Assembly: GCF_058153355.1 (NCBI RefSeq)
Contig: NZ_CM177019.1
Strand: one strand, 5' to 3'
Length of the DNA stretch: 64,000 nucleotides
Shown here: positions 42,434 through 54,100 of the stretch, piece after piece
Layout: each line of letters begins with the position of its first letter
Numbering within the stretch: the first letter of the stretch is position 1
Notes under the pieces: generated by a model
Told to the model about the DNA's origin: nothing
The model's database searches: none
What the model saw: the letters and a program-made list of their open reading frames with translations, nothing else
Made by a program: the position numbers and the translations under genes

Positions 42434-43894
42434 TTACAGCGCAGCCACACACTCGCGCGCACCGCGTTCACACAGCTGCTGATATGCCGCCGTCACCGCG
42501 CCAACAAAGTCGGCATTCTGCGGCAGATCATCGGCAAAAATACCGCTCAGGCCCAGCAGCGCTTTCACGCGGTCTGCGCCCTGATACTGCGCGTTGATCT
42601 TCTGGAACTCCGCCAGCATCGGGTCGACCACGTCAATAGCATTACCCTGCTCATCCACGCCCTGGGTGTAACGCATCCAGCCAGCCACGCCCAGCGCCAG
42701 ATGACGCCAGCTACCACCGTTTTGCAGGTGCAGACGCACCGGATCCAGCAGACGCTGCGGTAACTTCTGGCTGCCGTCCATCGCAATCTGCCAGGTACGG
42801 TGACGCAGAGACGGGTTGCTGAAACGCTCGATCAGCAGCGTCGCATAGGCGTTCAGGTCCGTACCTTCCGGCATCGACAGCGTTGGCGCTTGTTCCTGCA
42901 TCATCAGGGCAAAGGCCGCTTTGCGATAATCCGGATTAGTCATGGTGTCGGCAATAGTTTCATAGCCGCCGAGGTAACCGAGGTACGCCAGGAAAGAGTG
43001 GCTACCGTTCAGCATACGCAGCTTCATCATTTCGAACGGCACAACGTCTGCAACAAACTGTGCGCCCACTTTATCCCAGTCCGGGCGACCATTAACAAAG
43101 TTATCTTCAATCACCCACTGACGGAACGGTTCGCAGGCAATGGCGCACGGGTCGTAAACACCCAGCTGGTCAGCAATTTCCTGTAAGGTTTCTGGCGTCG
43201 CCGCCGGAACGATGCGGTCAACCATGGTGCACGGGAAGGTGACGTTCTCTTCAATCCATGCCGCCAGCTGTGGATCACGCGCCTGAGCCAGCCCCAGAAC
43301 CGCGACCTTCGCCACATGACCGTTTTCACGCACGTTGTCGCAGGACATCACCGTAAACGCTTTCAGCCCTTTTTCACGACGCAGGCGCAAGGCTTCGACG
43401 ATGTAACCAATCGCGGACTTCGGCGCAGTCGGGTTTTCCAGATCGTGCTTAATCAGCGGATTATTGAGATCCAGCTGACCGCTTGCCGCATCGGCGCAAT
43501 AACCTTTCTCTGTGACCGTCAGGGAGACAATCGCCGTCTGCGGACGCGCCATCGCGTTGAGAATACCTTCACAACCGTCGATTTCCGGGTGCAGCGCTTC
43601 TTTCATCGAGCCAATAATTTTCAGCTCGGTGCTTTCTGCGCCTTTTTCCGCCACGGTATACAGCAGTTGCTGTTTTTTCAGGTTTTCGATCAGCACGCGG
43701 TCGTTACCTGGCATCAGGTTAACTTCGCAGATCCCCCAGTCGCTATCCGTGCTTTCCAGCAGGTGATGGGTGTACAGCGCCTGGTGCGCGCGGTGAAACG
43801 CCCCGCAACCGAGATGCACAATGCGTGATTCCAGACGAGAATGATCCCATGACGGGCGGGCAACCGGCAGATTGCTGTCAACAATAGTAGTCAT
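42434..43894 (-). CDS. uxuB: D-mannonate oxidoreductase
   Basis: 486 aa; mannitol-dehydrogenase-family fold; between uxuR and uxuA. Confidence 0.95.
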   Translation of the reverse strand: MTTIVDSNLPVARPSWDHSRLESRIVHLGCGAFHRAHQALYTHHLLESTDSDWGICEVNLMPGNDRVLIENLKKQQLLYTVAEKGAESTELKIIGSMKEALHPEIDGCEGILNAMARPQTAIVSLTVTEKGYCADAASGQLDLNNPLIKHDLENPTAPKSAIGYIVEALRLRREKGLKAFTVMSCDNVRENGHVAKVAVLGLAQARDPQLAAWIEENVTFPCTMVDRIVPAATPETLQEIADQLGVYDPCAIACEPFRQWVIEDNFVNGRPDWDKVGAQFVADVVPFEMMKLRMLNGSHSFLAYLGYLGGYETIADTMTNPDYRKAAFALMMQEQAPTLSMPEGTDLNAYATLLIERFSNPSLRHRTWQIAMDGSQKLPQRLLDPVRLHLQNGGSWRHLALGVAGWMRYTQGVDEQGNAIDVVDPMLAEFQKINAQYQGADRVKALLGLSGIFADDLPQNADFVGAVTAAYQQLCERGARECVAAL

Positions 43895-43974
43895 CGTAAA
43901 CTCCAGAATCCGTCTTCAGAGAGTGACGGCAAGGAAGAAGGAACCGGCACGGCGCGCAGCCATGCCGGTGGATA

Positions 43975-45159
43975 TTAACGGCTAAAGAAAGCGCGCTGGA
44001 TCGCCATTTCGACACCGCGAACTTCGGCCAGGCCTTTCAGACGACCAATTGCGGAGTAACCTGGGTTGGTTTTCTTCTTCAGGTCGTCCAGCATCTGATG
44101 ACCGTGGTCCGGACGCATCGGGATCAGGTCTTCTTTGCCTTCCGCTTTACGACGGTGTTCTTCTTCAACAATCGCTTTCACCACTTCGTACATATCAACG
44201 TCACCGTTCAGGTGCGCCGCTTCGTGGAAGGTTTTCGGGTTATCTTCACGCATGGTGGAACGCAGATGGGTGAAGTAAATACGCGGACCGAACTGCTTGA
44301 TCATATCAACCAGATCGTTGTCAGCACGCACGCCGTAGGAACCGGTGCACATGGTGAAACCGTTCGCCATGCTGTTTACGGTATCAACCATCCACTGCAT
44401 ATCTTCAATGGTGGAAACGATACGCGGCAGGCCGAGGATTGGGCGCGGCGGATCGTCCGGGTGAACAGCCATACGCACGCCAACTTCTTCCGCAACTGGA
44501 ATGATCGCCTTCAGGAAGACCGCAAAGTTTTCGCGCAGTTTGGCTTTGTCGATATCTTTGTACAGCTCCAGGTGCTTACGGAACTGGTCAAGGGTGTAGC
44601 CTTCTTCCGCGCCCGGCAGACCGGCAATGATGTTACGGGTCAGACGCGCTTTGTCTTCGTCGCTCATAGTGGCGAAGCGTTCAGCGGCCTGAGCAATTTC
44701 TTCTTCGGTGTAATCCGCTTCCGCGCCTGGACGCTTGAGGATGTGCATTTCAAACGCAGCAAATTCGATCTGGTCGAAGCGCAGAGCTTTGGAGCCGTCT
44801 GGCAGCACGTATTCGAGGTCAGTACGGGTCCAGTCGAGCACCGGCATGAAGTTGTAGCACACGGTGCGAATGCCGCACTGCGCCAGATTGCGCAGGGTCT
44901 GCTGATAGTTAGCGATCCACTGCTCGTAGTTGCCAGTATGAGTTTTGATATCTTCGTGAATTGGCACGCTTTCTACGACAGACCACACCAGGCCTGCGTC
45001 TTCAACGATCGCCTTGCGTTTGAGGATCTCTTCTACGGACCATACTTCCCCGTTCGGGATATGGTGCAAAGCGGTAACCACGCCAGTCGCGCCCGCCTGA
45101 CGGACATCAGCTAAAGTGACCGGATCATTTGGGCCGTACCAGCGCCAGGTCTGTTCCAT
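43975..45159 (-). CDS. uxuA: D-mannonate dehydratase
   Basis: 394 aa from [14 protein letters not shown]. Confidence 0.95.
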   Translation of the reverse strand: MEQTWRWYGPNDPVTLADVRQAGATGVVTALHHIPNGEVWSVEEILKRKAIVEDAGLVWSVVESVPIHEDIKTHTGNYEQWIANYQQTLRNLAQCGIRTVCYNFMPVLDWTRTDLEYVLPDGSKALRFDQIEFAAFEMHILKRPGAEADYTEEEIAQAAERFATMSDEDKARLTRNIIAGLPGAEEGYTLDQFRKHLELYKDIDKAKLRENFAVFLKAIIPVAEEVGVRMAVHPDDPPRPILGLPRIVSTIEDMQWMVDTVNSMANGFTMCTGSYGVRADNDLVDMIKQFGPRIYFTHLRSTMREDNPKTFHEAAHLNGDVDMYEVVKAIVEEEHRRKAEGKEDLIPMRPDHGHQMLDDLKKKTNPGYSAIGRLKGLAEVRGVEMAIQRAFFSR

Positions 45160-45498
45160 GATTTTTCCTCTTTCACATAGTGGGTTCCACAGCAAAGAGA
45201 CGCGGAACCCTGGAGTTGTTTAGGTATCCGGATGAACAACCAGACCGCAGCCGTGGCATTGCATCGGATGAGATGGCGTATAAGTTCTACCTTTTGGTAA
45301 GACATGTCAACCCGAATTCTAAAATTGGTTAACCACATCACAAGATTTTCACGCGCACGCTCGTTGCTGCAAATTGCAGCAACGGGTAATTGACAGTTAT
45401 TAATCAGAGCGTGTGACATTCATCGCAACAATGGTTGACCAATTTACATAACATGTCGCCCAAAATAACAACGGTTCAACCAGGTAAGGTAAAACGTT

Positions 45499-46842
45499 AT
45501 GCATGTGCTTAACATTCTTTGGGTAGTATTCGGTATCGGCCTGATGCTGGTACTGAATTTGAAGTTCAAAATCAATTCAATGGTGGCTTTGCTAGTGGCG
45601 GCGCTGTCCGTCGGGATGTTGGCGGGCATGGATTTGATGTCGCTGCTGCACACCATGAAAGCGGGCTTCGGCAACACGCTGGGGGAACTGGCAATCATTG
45701 TTGTGTTCGGTGCGGTCATTGGTAAATTGATGGTCGACTCCGGCGCGGCCCATCAGATAGCGCATACGCTGCTGGCGCGTCTCGGCCTGCGCTATGTCCA
45801 GATATCGGTGATTATCATCGGCCTGATTTTTGGTCTGGCGATGTTCTATGAAGTGGCCTTTATCATGTTAGCGCCGCTGGTTATCGTCATTGCCGCCGAA
45901 GCTAAAATTCCGTTCCTGAAACTGGCTATTCCGGCAGTAGCGGCTGCTACCACCGCACATTCACTGTTCCCACCGCAGCCGGGTCCGGTGGCGCTGGTGA
46001 ATGCTTATGGCGCGGATATGGGGATGGTTTATATCTATGGTGTACTGGTGACAATCCCAAGCGTAATCTGCGCAGGCCTGATTCTGCCGAAGTTCCTCGG
46101 TAATCTTGAGCGCCCAACGCCATCATTCCTCAAAGCGGATCAACCGGTGGATATGAATAATCTCCCCTCTTTCGGCGTTTCGATTCTGGTACCGCTGATC
46201 CCGGCGATCATTATGATCTCTACCACTATCGCCAATATCTGGCTGGTCAAAGACACCCCTGCGTGGGAAGTCGTTAACTTTATAGGTTCATCGCCGATTG
46301 CAACGTTTATTGCGATGGTGGTTGCATTCGTACTCTTTGGCACCGCGCGTGGTCATGACATGCAGTGGGTGATGAACGCCTTTGAAAGCGCGGTAAAAAG
46401 CATTGCGATGGTGATTCTGATCATTGGTGCGGGCGGCGTGCTGAAGCAGACCATCATCGACACCGGCATTGGTGACACCATCGGCATGTTGATGTCCCAC
46501 GGCAATATCTCGCCCTACATCATGGCGTGGCTGATCACTGTGCTAATTCGTCTGGCGACGGGTCAAGGTGTGGTTTCGGCGATGACTGCCGCCGGGATTA
46601 TCAGTGCTGCAATCCTTGATCCAGCAACCGGTCAACTGGTTGGCGTGAATCCGGCGCTGCTGGTGCTGGCGACAGCTGCAGGTTCCAACACCCTCACCCA
46701 CATTAATGATGCCTCATTCTGGCTGTTCAAAGGTTACTTTGACCTGTCAGTAAAAGACACGTTGAAAACATGGGGTCTGCTGGAGCTGGTCAACTCCGTG
46801 GTTGGGCTGATTATTGTGTTGATTATCAGCATGGTCGCGTAA
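45499..46842 (+). CDS. gntP: GntP-family fructuronate/gluconate transporter
   Basis: 447 aa polytopic GntP-family permease, divergent from uxuA. Confidence 0.9.
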   Translation: MHVLNILWVVFGIGLMLVLNLKFKINSMVALLVAALSVGMLAGMDLMSLLHTMKAGFGNTLGELAIIVVFGAVIGKLMVDSGAAHQIAHTLLARLGLRYVQISVIIIGLIFGLAMFYEVAFIMLAPLVIVIAAEAKIPFLKLAIPAVAAATTAHSLFPPQPGPVALVNAYGADMGMVYIYGVLVTIPSVICAGLILPKFLGNLERPTPSFLKADQPVDMNNLPSFGVSILVPLIPAIIMISTTIANIWLVKDTPAWEVVNFIGSSPIATFIAMVVAFVLFGTARGHDMQWVMNAFESAVKSIAMVILIIGAGGVLKQTIIDTGIGDTIGMLMSHGNISPYIMAWLITVLIRLATGQGVVSAMTAAGIISAAILDPATGQLVGVNPALLVLATAAGSNTLTHINDASFWLFKGYFDLSVKDTLKTWGLLELVNSVVGLIIVLIISMVA

Positions 46843-46885
46843 AAGAACGCCAGAGCCTGCCAATGGCAGGCTCTGTTCGGATTGT

Positions 46886-46988
46886 CGGCAAAGTGCGCTT
46901 TGTTTATGCCAGATGCGACGCTGGCGCGTCTTATCTGGCCTACAAAGGGCTAACGTGCGGGTTTGTAGGTAGCGTAGCGCATCAGGCA
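46886..46988. repeat. REP/BIME palindromic units
   Basis: gccagatgcgacgctggcgcgtcttatctggcctac and inverted gtaggtagcgtagcgcatcaggc. Confidence 0.75.
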
Positions 46989-47026
46989 ATATTGCGTACC
47001 AGCATTAGCAATGTCCTGTGATTTCT

Positions 47027-47929
47027 TTATTGATAAACAAAAGTCACGCCAATAATCGATTGCACATTCCCTGCAGTCACCTGCCCTCCGGTACGTGCGT
47101 AATTTGCCGTTAATCCCAGACTTACCGCCGAAGTCCCTACTGCTCCTAACGATACCGTGTTATTCGCTGGAATAATCGTACCGTTGCGCGTTAACTGTAC
47201 GCCGACGCCCTGTGCTGGTGAAAACGACGCGGTATTGGTGAAAATCGAGTTGCCCGCATCTGCGGTTGTGCCGGAGAGGTAATACCCCAGGTTTTGGCTT
47301 TTCGCACAATAAACGGTAAGAGGAATAGGTACCGAACCGGGATAGTCCGGCAGAGTCACGGTGACATCACGAGCAGAAACATCACAGCCGCCAGTGGGCA
47401 CCACCACATCATTATTGGCGTAAATATTCCACACAAACTGGAAATCATCGCTGTTATAGTTGTTGGTCTGTCGCAAAATAAGCACGGCAATTAATGAGCC
47501 AGCTTTAATCGCCACCCCGCCCGCACTGCTCACAGGCGTCAAATAAAGCGCCACCGGCCACGGCTTATCCGTTCTCGAATTATAAACAACGCGCGGCGTT
47601 TCGCTGGTGGTAGGAAATGGATAGCTACTGCCACTATATTTTACGGTCCCGGAAAAATGAGATAACACGCCGCCATAAGCCGAACCTCGTTGCAGTGTGA
47701 CATAGTCTGTAATGGTTTCCGGGTAATCGTTATGGCAAAAGATTTGCGTCGAAAGATCTACGACCAGGTTTTGCCCCACATTCACGGCGGGCGCAAGGTT
47801 TACATAAACATTGGCGCTGCCACCGCCAATAGGGATAGCGGTGCCATTGGCGGTTTTACAGGCGAATGACCAGGCATTTACCGACCAACCCATCAACAGT
47901 ACAGCAAACAGGGTAATAACTCTTTTCAT
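47027..47929 (-). CDS. fimH: Type 1 fimbrial mannose-binding tip adhesin
   Basis: 300 aa; MKRVITLFAVLLMGWSVNAWSFACKTANGTAIPIGGGSANVYVNLAP. Confidence 0.97.
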   Translation of the reverse strand: MKRVITLFAVLLMGWSVNAWSFACKTANGTAIPIGGGSANVYVNLAPAVNVGQNLVVDLSTQIFCHNDYPETITDYVTLQRGSAYGGVLSHFSGTVKYSGSSYPFPTTSETPRVVYNSRTDKPWPVALYLTPVSSAGGVAIKAGSLIAVLILRQTNNYNSDDFQFVWNIYANNDVVVPTGGCDVSARDVTVTLPDYPGSVPIPLTVYCAKSQNLGYYLSGTTADAGNSIFTNTASFSPAQGVGVQLTRNGTIIPANNTVSLGAVGTSAVSLGLTANYARTGGQVTAGNVQSIIGVTFVYQ

Positions 47930-47948
47930 TACAATCATCTCTTCGGAT

Positions 47949-48452
47949 TCAGCTGTAGGTATAGGTGATGCTAATCACTGCCTGAATGGTTCCCTGAGTG
48001 GCTCCGCCATTTACCGTCAATGCTCTGACCTGTAACGGGAAGTGCGCTGATTGTGAGGAATCATCCACCTGAACTGTTTTGGTTGCGCCAGTATTCAATG
48101 TGTTGCCACTGTCATCCTGTAGCTCTAACTGGATGTTTTGCGCGGTCCCCTGGTTTTTATAATATCCCGTACTATCGGCTGCCCCGCTGAAGCTGGCGGT
48201 GACCCTCGATGTTCCCACCGGACAATGAGTCAACTCAAGCGCAACATCATGCCAGGCCGATGCCGCACCGGCAGACACGAGACTGAAAGAATAAAGATCG
48301 CCGAGATCAACCGTGGCATTAGTGGTGGAAACCGTGCACGGTTTGGCGACGACCTTACCGTTCACGGTGATCGTGACATCGGCGGCCTGTAGCGTCGCAC
48401 TTACGAGCGTCAACATTGCCGCCAATAAACACCCACGTATGCGCCATTTCAT
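47949..48452 (-). CDS. fimG: Type 1 fimbrial minor subunit
   Basis: 167 aa from MKWRIRGCLL. Confidence 0.95.
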   Translation of the reverse strand: MKWRIRGCLLAAMLTLVSATLQAADVTITVNGKVVAKPCTVSTTNATVDLGDLYSFSLVSAGAASAWHDVALELTHCPVGTSRVTASFSGAADSTGYYKNQGTAQNIQLELQDDSGNTLNTGATKTVQVDDSSQSAHFPLQVRALTVNGGATQGTIQAVISITYTYS

Positions 48453-48464
48453 GAGCATCTCCAG

Positions 48465-48995
48465 TTACTGATATTCAAGAGTGAAGGTAGCCGTGGCATT
48501 GATATGCCCCGCAGTGACAGGCACCTGTGTCGCCATTAGCCGGGCGTAAAAATTCAGCGTATTTGGTTTACCCGGCGTCAGGGTCGTCCACGAAATCGCG
48601 GAGGATGGCGCATTAAGGGGGATCTGATTTTGTTGCTCATTCAGAAGCTGTATTCCCAGCCCCGCAGCCGCTGACACCGTATTTTCAAGTGCAAGCAGGT
48701 TGGCATTGTGACTATCTGCAACGCCGGTAAACCCAACCTTTACGGCAGAAACGGCATTACCACAGGGTGACAGCAAAATACGAAATGGAACGACAGGAGT
48801 CGTCGCGCCAATGTTGTTAAATTGCTTCGCCGCGTTTTCCATCAGATCAACAGTAAAATTGGTTGATTCAGCGGCCACACTACAGCCGTTATCTCTGACA
48901 TAGCCGCGGATAGTAATCGTGCTATCCGCAGCCAAAGCGTGACTTACCGCCAGCCACAAAAAAGCGCACAGAAGATAAAAAGGTTTGCTTTTCAT
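48465..48995 (-). CDS. fimF: Type 1 fimbrial minor subunit
   Basis: 176 aa pilin-like protein between fimD and fimG. Confidence 0.95.
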   Translation of the reverse strand: MKSKPFYLLCAFLWLAVSHALAADSTITIRGYVRDNGCSVAAESTNFTVDLMENAAKQFNNIGATTPVVPFRILLSPCGNAVSAVKVGFTGVADSHNANLLALENTVSAAAGLGIQLLNEQQNQIPLNAPSSAISWTTLTPGKPNTLNFYARLMATQVPVTAGHINATATFTLEYQ

Positions 48996-49004
48996 CACGC
49001 CCCC

Positions 49005-51641
49005 TTAACGACATTCAGCTGATAGCTGGGTTAATAACTGCTGCTGACTCTCTGGTGGCAGTTGATAATTGGCGACACAGTGAGCATTTTCCTCTTCTCC
49101 CCATTTCACCTGAACTTTTCCCGCTAAAGGCATCCCGCTGAGATAAACCTGACCATTATCCGCAACAATGCCGCTACTCTGGCTACTCTCTGATGTGACC
49201 ATCGCCCCAAACGGCAGCGGCTTATTATTGTGGGTTAGCGTCATGAGCAGTTTTATCCCAACACGCGCTTTAAACTCTGCTCGCACAATTGCCCCACGGG
49301 TGGGAACAACGTTAGCGACCGCGTTATCTAAATCGACGTTATCAGCCAGGGTATTGGTATCCAGCGCCACTCTATTTTCCCGATATTCTGTGGCATAAGG
49401 CAGCACGGCATAGCCGCGCCAGTCGGTACGCACCCCCGTCTGGTTTTCAACTTTTGCATCTTTTGCGCCGGGCGTTTTAACAAGCACCACCGTATCGTTT
49501 AACGGCTGCCCCAGCGTTACGCCATTGGCATGAGCCAATACCCCACCGCTGATTCCGTAATAGAGCTGCTTAATATCATCGCTATGGCTGTAACCAATGT
49601 TGGCATTGCCGTAGCCACCGCGATAATTCAGCGCGGCGTAGCCTGTACTTCCGCTATTACCATCGCCTCCCCCGGCATAGCCGGTTTGCACGCTATAGCT
49701 GAGGTTATTGTCTTCCAGCAACGTACCGTATACGCCCGCAAGGTTGGTCATCCGACCGTTGAGATCGTGTGACATGCTGTAGCTGGCACTGGCATGTCGC
49801 CACTGAGATTTACTGTCAGAACGCAGCCAGTGGCTGAAAGGAATATTGATGTTAAGAGCCAACATCTGATCCCGTCCTTTTTGCCACGCGTTTTTCGTCA
49901 GGCTATAGCTGAGCGTCCAGTTGATATCTTCGAAAGCAGTATTTAATCCAGCCTGGAATTGCTCATCGACATTACTCGTTCCCCAATAAGTTTGATGGCT
50001 ACCACTCAAATACAGTGTTGATGTGCGTCCGAGTTGCTGAGTAACAGTGAGCTGTAATTTCCCGCGTTTGTTATAAGCGAGATTGTAATAGTCGGTAAAT
50101 TTCGGCTTAACCTGAATAACACCATCCTGTGTTTCGATGTTGTAGCCACTCATTCGGCTGTATGTTGTATCAGCGAAATTAAAATACCCGCTGGTCGAGT
50201 AACGGTAACCCACTAACTGAAAATTCGTACCTGACTCATTGAGCGATTTGTTATAGAGAAAACGCACCGATTGCCCGTCATGCTGACTGTCATCAGGAAG
50301 TGTGGAATTAGCCTGCGTCATATCCACGGACAGAGCGCCCAGTGCCCCCATGTTTTTCCCGATACCGAAATTAAAAGCGCGATAACGATCCGCCAGTTGC
50401 GTTCCACCATATATTGTCCAGCCAGCCGGAAGGCCGTGGAGTAATGTACTCTGGAAAAAACGGGGTTTATCCTGTTGCGCATTTCCACTACGGTATTCTC
50501 CTGCCGTAATGGAATAACGAGTATGCCCTTCACGTTGCAAAAGCGGGACTGACGAATAGGGTACGGTAAAGATCTGCGTGCTACCGTCAGCCTCTTTAAT
50601 CGTTACCTGCAAGTCACCACTATTACCTGCGGCATAGATATCGTTGATGGTAAAAGGCCCCGGTGGCACCGTACTATTATAAATGTCATACCCATTTTGT
50701 TTAATAGTGACCTGTGCAGTACCACGAGCAATACCGTGGATCACCGGGGCAAATCCTCTTTGGCTATCGGGTAACATATTGTCATCTGAGGCCAATTGTG
50801 CGCCGCGGAAGTTAATACCATCAAAAATATCGCCCTGAGTATAACCATCACCCAGCGTCAGCCGGGAACGCAACGGTATTATGTCTCGCTCAAGCCAGGT
50901 ATTGATATGCTGCCATTTATTTTTGCTACCTGATGAACTGTCGCTACTGTTATAACTCCAGGTGGTATTGTCGCGTAAACGCCATGCACCAATATTTAAC
51001 CCACTCTGTAGGTTTAAATATGCATAATGGCTGTTACCACCAATCCGATTCTGTACACTATTTCCGCTGAAATTATAATTGAGCAATCCGGCATTAATAC
51101 CGGGATCCCATAACTCAGGAGGAATATAACCACGCGCGCGATTACTCATAAATGCCTGAGGGATCGTCAGGTTGAGTCGCTGCTGACCAACATCCAGATG
51201 CGCAGTAGCGTCATGGATCATTGAGGTTAATGGCACGCAGGCATCATCCGCCAGCAGATTCATACCGGAGACAGAAGCCGTATTCAGCCCCATACTGGCA
51301 AGTTGCGCGCGTGTCAGGCAGGGAACAATCCCTTGTTCACTGTCGCCCGTATTAAATGTGACATCACGCGTTGCCATATAACCATTATTCAAATAGATAT
51401 CGACGCGATACGTCCCTGGCGGTAATTCTTGACCATTCTCGAAACGCGATAAATCGGCCACAGCCTGGGGATCATCCGCTAAAAAGCGCGGATTAAAATA
51501 GAGTTCGGCAGATGACAAATGTGCCTGTGCGGCAAAAGCACAGGCGACAAAGAGCCGAACAAAAAAACCAGCCAGACGAGGCTTACGAATATGCAAGCAT
51601 TGTGTGTTTCGCTGGTAAAGTCTTAAATTCAGATATGACAT
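49005..51641 (-). CDS. fimD: Type 1 fimbrial outer-membrane usher
   Basis: 878-aa usher. Confidence 0.97.
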   Translation of the reverse strand: MSYLNLRLYQRNTQCLHIRKPRLAGFFVRLFVACAFAAQAHLSSAELYFNPRFLADDPQAVADLSRFENGQELPPGTYRVDIYLNNGYMATRDVTFNTGDSEQGIVPCLTRAQLASMGLNTASVSGMNLLADDACVPLTSMIHDATAHLDVGQQRLNLTIPQAFMSNRARGYIPPELWDPGINAGLLNYNFSGNSVQNRIGGNSHYAYLNLQSGLNIGAWRLRDNTTWSYNSSDSSSGSKNKWQHINTWLERDIIPLRSRLTLGDGYTQGDIFDGINFRGAQLASDDNMLPDSQRGFAPVIHGIARGTAQVTIKQNGYDIYNSTVPPGPFTINDIYAAGNSGDLQVTIKEADGSTQIFTVPYSSVPLLQREGHTRYSITAGEYRSGNAQQDKPRFFQSTLLHGLPAGWTIYGGTQLADRYRAFNFGIGKNMGALGALSVDMTQANSTLPDDSQHDGQSVRFLYNKSLNESGTNFQLVGYRYSTSGYFNFADTTYSRMSGYNIETQDGVIQVKPKFTDYYNLAYNKRGKLQLTVTQQLGRTSTLYLSGSHQTYWGTSNVDEQFQAGLNTAFEDINWTLSYSLTKNAWQKGRDQMLALNINIPFSHWLRSDSKSQWRHASASYSMSHDLNGRMTNLAGVYGTLLEDNNLSYSVQTGYAGGGDGNSGSTGYAALNYRGGYGNANIGYSHSDDIKQLYYGISGGVLAHANGVTLGQPLNDTVVLVKTPGAKDAKVENQTGVRTDWRGYAVLPYATEYRENRVALDTNTLADNVDLDNAVANVVPTRGAIVRAEFKARVGIKLLMTLTHNNKPLPFGAMVTSESSQSSGIVADNGQVYLSGMPLAGKVQVKWGEEENAHCVANYQLPPESQQQLLTQLSAECR

Positions 51642-51707
51642 TATTCCTCCGGTTTAAAATTACCCGGCAGTCAATTCTTTTTATTCAGGCGAAAAATTCC
51701 CCCTGCG

Positions 51708-52433
51708 TTATTCCATTACGCCCGTCATTTTTGGGGTAAGTGCGCCATAATCATTTATTGTTCGGTAAGTAATGTTGCTTCCTGCATCAGAAGGTAATTT
51801 AACTGTGCTTTCGCCCATTGGAGGCACCAATGCATTTTCAAGAACCCGAGTTCCGGCATTCAACTCTGTTACCGTCAGGTAATAGGGTGTCGGGTTAATC
51901 AGCGTCAGAGAATTCGCGCTACGACGAAATCTTAATTTTTCTGCGGCCTGATCGGGTGGCAACGCTAATTTAGCCGGGCGATAGTACAATTTAATGCGGC
52001 TGATAATTGCGAGCTGTAGCGTATTCTCAATCAATTTTGATTTATCCATTGACGGAATCGCTTTAACGTTCATCCAGAATAAACTTTCCCGATCCTGTGG
52101 CAATTGGTTATTTGTGGCATCAAGAATACGTAAGGTATTCTCTTTTTTTCCCTTCATCGCAAACAGAGGTGGCGTCACGATAAAACGACCATCCTTTACA
52201 CCATCGGCATTTTCCACCCATGATTGAATTAAATAGGTGCTATTTTCATCATTATTTGTCACGGCAAGTTGCACTTGTTTTTGCCCTGCCGGATAAATTA
52301 CGCGAGTCGCACCTAAGGCCACTCCTGCTTCCGCGCGTCCGGCAGCCATCATTGCCATGATCATCAGGATACCTGCCAGCAAGCAGAATGTTATTTCCTG
52401 CAATTTCCTTACATTGACGTTTTTATTACTCAC
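51708..52433 (-). CDS. fimC: Type 1 fimbrial periplasmic chaperone
   Basis: 241-aa PapD-like chaperone. Confidence 0.97.
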   Translation of the reverse strand: MSNKNVNVRKLQEITFCLLAGILMIMAMMAAGRAEAGVALGATRVIYPAGQKQVQLAVTNNDENSTYLIQSWVENADGVKDGRFIVTPPLFAMKGKKENTLRILDATNNQLPQDRESLFWMNVKAIPSMDKSKLIENTLQLAIISRIKLYYRPAKLALPPDQAAEKLRFRRSANSLTLINPTPYYLTVTELNAGTRVLENALVPPMGESTVKLPSDAGSNITYRTINDYGALTPKMTGVME

Positions 52434-52469
52434 TGTCCTGTTCCTGTTATCACATTATCTGCTGAACAA

Positions 52470-53009
52470 TTACTGATAGGTTAAAGAGAACCAGGCCTGA
52501 GCATTGGCGATGCCGCCAGTAACCCGACGCCCGGTAGCACGATATTTGGCGATGAAATGTAACGACGTAGAGCCTGAGTAAAGTCGTTTCCAGTTTGCTG
52601 GAGGACGATTAATCGGTACAAGGTTTCCTTCATCATCAAACAACGCTACGCCAATATTGGTGGCAATCCCTGGCCCCTCTCCCACGGAAAGCACATCCGG
52701 ATTTTTACCATCCGCGACACCGTGAAACGCCACACCCACACGTTCACTCACCACCGTGCTACATTCCCGTAAATGAATAACAAAAGGCACCGGTGCGCTA
52801 TCTTCCCCAACCGCATGAAACCGGTTACTGCTGATTTGCCTCATATTGACCGTCATTTGTTTATCACCAGCTTCAATCCGGCAAGCTTCTGCAATAATGA
52901 CGCCCTGAAATTGCATATTTCCGCCGGGCAACGTGGTGTTCCATTTATTTCCGGCCAGAGCAAACATTGGCAGCAACGACGCTAATAGAAATAATCTCTT
53001 CCTTTTCAT
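52470..53009 (-). CDS. fimI: Type 1 fimbrial FimA-like protein
   Basis: 179 aa from [16 protein letters not shown]; the listed ORF's 5' extension overlaps fimA and is discounted. Confidence 0.85.
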   Translation of the reverse strand: MKRKRLFLLASLLPMFALAGNKWNTTLPGGNMQFQGVIIAEACRIEAGDKQMTVNMRQISSNRFHAVGEDSAPVPFVIHLRECSTVVSERVGVAFHGVADGKNPDVLSVGEGPGIATNIGVALFDDEGNLVPINRPPANWKRLYSGSTSLHFIAKYRATGRRVTGGIANAQAWFSLTYQ

Positions 53010-53073
53010 CGTTATTTTTATCGCACAAGGGTGGGCATCCCTGCCCATAATGACGTCCCTGAACCTGGGTAGG

Positions 53074-53622
53074 TTATTGATACTGAACCTTGAAAGTCGC
53101 ATCCGCATTAGCAGCACCTGGGGTTGCGGCACCGGTTGCAAAGTAACGCGCCTGGAACGGAATGGTGTTAGTACCGTTATTCAGGGTTGTTTCTGCACTA
53201 AATGTCGCACCGTCCAGCGCCAGTGCAGCACCCGTTCTGTCCAGGATCTGCACACCAACGTTTGTTGCACTACCTGCAGCAGAACTCTGCAGAGCCAGAA
53301 CGTTGGTATGAGTCGCATCAATCGCCGTACCTAAAAAGGCAACAGCGGCTTTTGATGCAACATTGGTATCGCAATCATTCAGCTGAATGTTAAAACCGAC
53401 AGCAGAACTGGTTGCTCCGTCCTGTGCCAGCGATGCGGCACGAACCTGTCCTAACTGAACGGTTTGATCAACAGAGCCTGCATCAACTGCGCAAGCGGCG
53501 TTAACAACTTCCCCTTTAAAGTGAACGGTCCCACCATTAACCGTCGTGGCAGCGGCCAGAGCCGCTGTAGAACTGAGGGACAGAGCCGACAGAACAACGA
53601 TTGCCAGAGTTTTAATTTTCAT
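53074..53622 (-). CDS. fimA: Type 1 fimbrial major subunit
   Basis: 182 aa from [23 protein letters not shown]; the listed ORF carries a spurious upstream extension. Confidence 0.97.
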   Translation of the reverse strand: MKIKTLAIVVLSALSLSSTAALAAATTVNGGTVHFKGEVVNAACAVDAGSVDQTVQLGQVRAASLAQDGATSSAVGFNIQLNDCDTNVASKAAVAFLGTAIDATHTNVLALQSSAAGSATNVGVQILDRTGAALALDGATFSAETTLNNGTNTIPFQARYFATGAATPGAANADATFKVQYQ

Positions 53623-53738
53623 GCTGCTTTCCTTTAAAAAACTATTTCTAAATCGACATGGGCAGTCGTTCTGTACACTTTGTTTTGAAACGAATTGGAC
53701 TGCCAACACTGCACAGTTCTTCCCCAAAAGATGAAACA

Positions 53739-54053
53739 TTTGGGGCCATTTTGACTCATAGAGGAAAGCATTACGCACGAACTTTCTTAGTTTATTATTT
53801 GGATTTATATTCTATTAATACATTATTTTATAGATTTTTATATTGAACGCGGTGGTTTTTGGAGAGATGAATGAGGAAGTTGCTTCGAGACACAGAAACG
53901 TTAGCTTTACCTATAGCGGAGGTGATGTGAAATTAATTTATAAGAGAAACAATTTACATATCAAACAGTTAGTTGCTTTATGTCGTTTTTTTATATTTTT
54001 ATGCTTGAGAACAAATACAAAACTTTTTTATGATATGGACAGTTTGGCCCCAA
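53739..54053. promoter_or_regulatory. fimS: fimS invertible phase-variation switch, bounded by 9-bp inverted repeats
   Basis: TTGGGGCCA at 53739-53747 and exact reverse complement TGGCCCCAA at 54045-54053, 315 bp end to end, between fimE and fimA. Confidence 0.9.
54005..54035 (+). promoter_or_regulatory. Candidate sigma70 promoter inside fimS (probable fimA promoter), directed toward fimE in this sequence
   Basis: TTGAGA-18 bp-TATGATA on the plus strand, about 10 bp inside the fimE-proximal inverted repeat. No comparably good -35/-10 pair was found on the minus strand at the fimA-proximal end. Confidence 0.5.
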
Positions 54054-54100
54054 TTGTCTTATATTTCCTTATCTTTTCATATTATTATCAATAAGTTACA

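Noticed and set aside
44098-45114. 338-aa plus-strand ORF
   Set aside because: Antisense within uxuA; low-complexity composition, no motifs; shadow ORF.
53623-53778. 52-codon upstream extension of fimA (and similar 5' extensions of fimI, uxuA, yjiA, yjiH, yjiM, nanM, nanS)
   Set aside because: Products match known mature lengths only from the internal start codons; the extensions run into intergenic or regulatory DNA.
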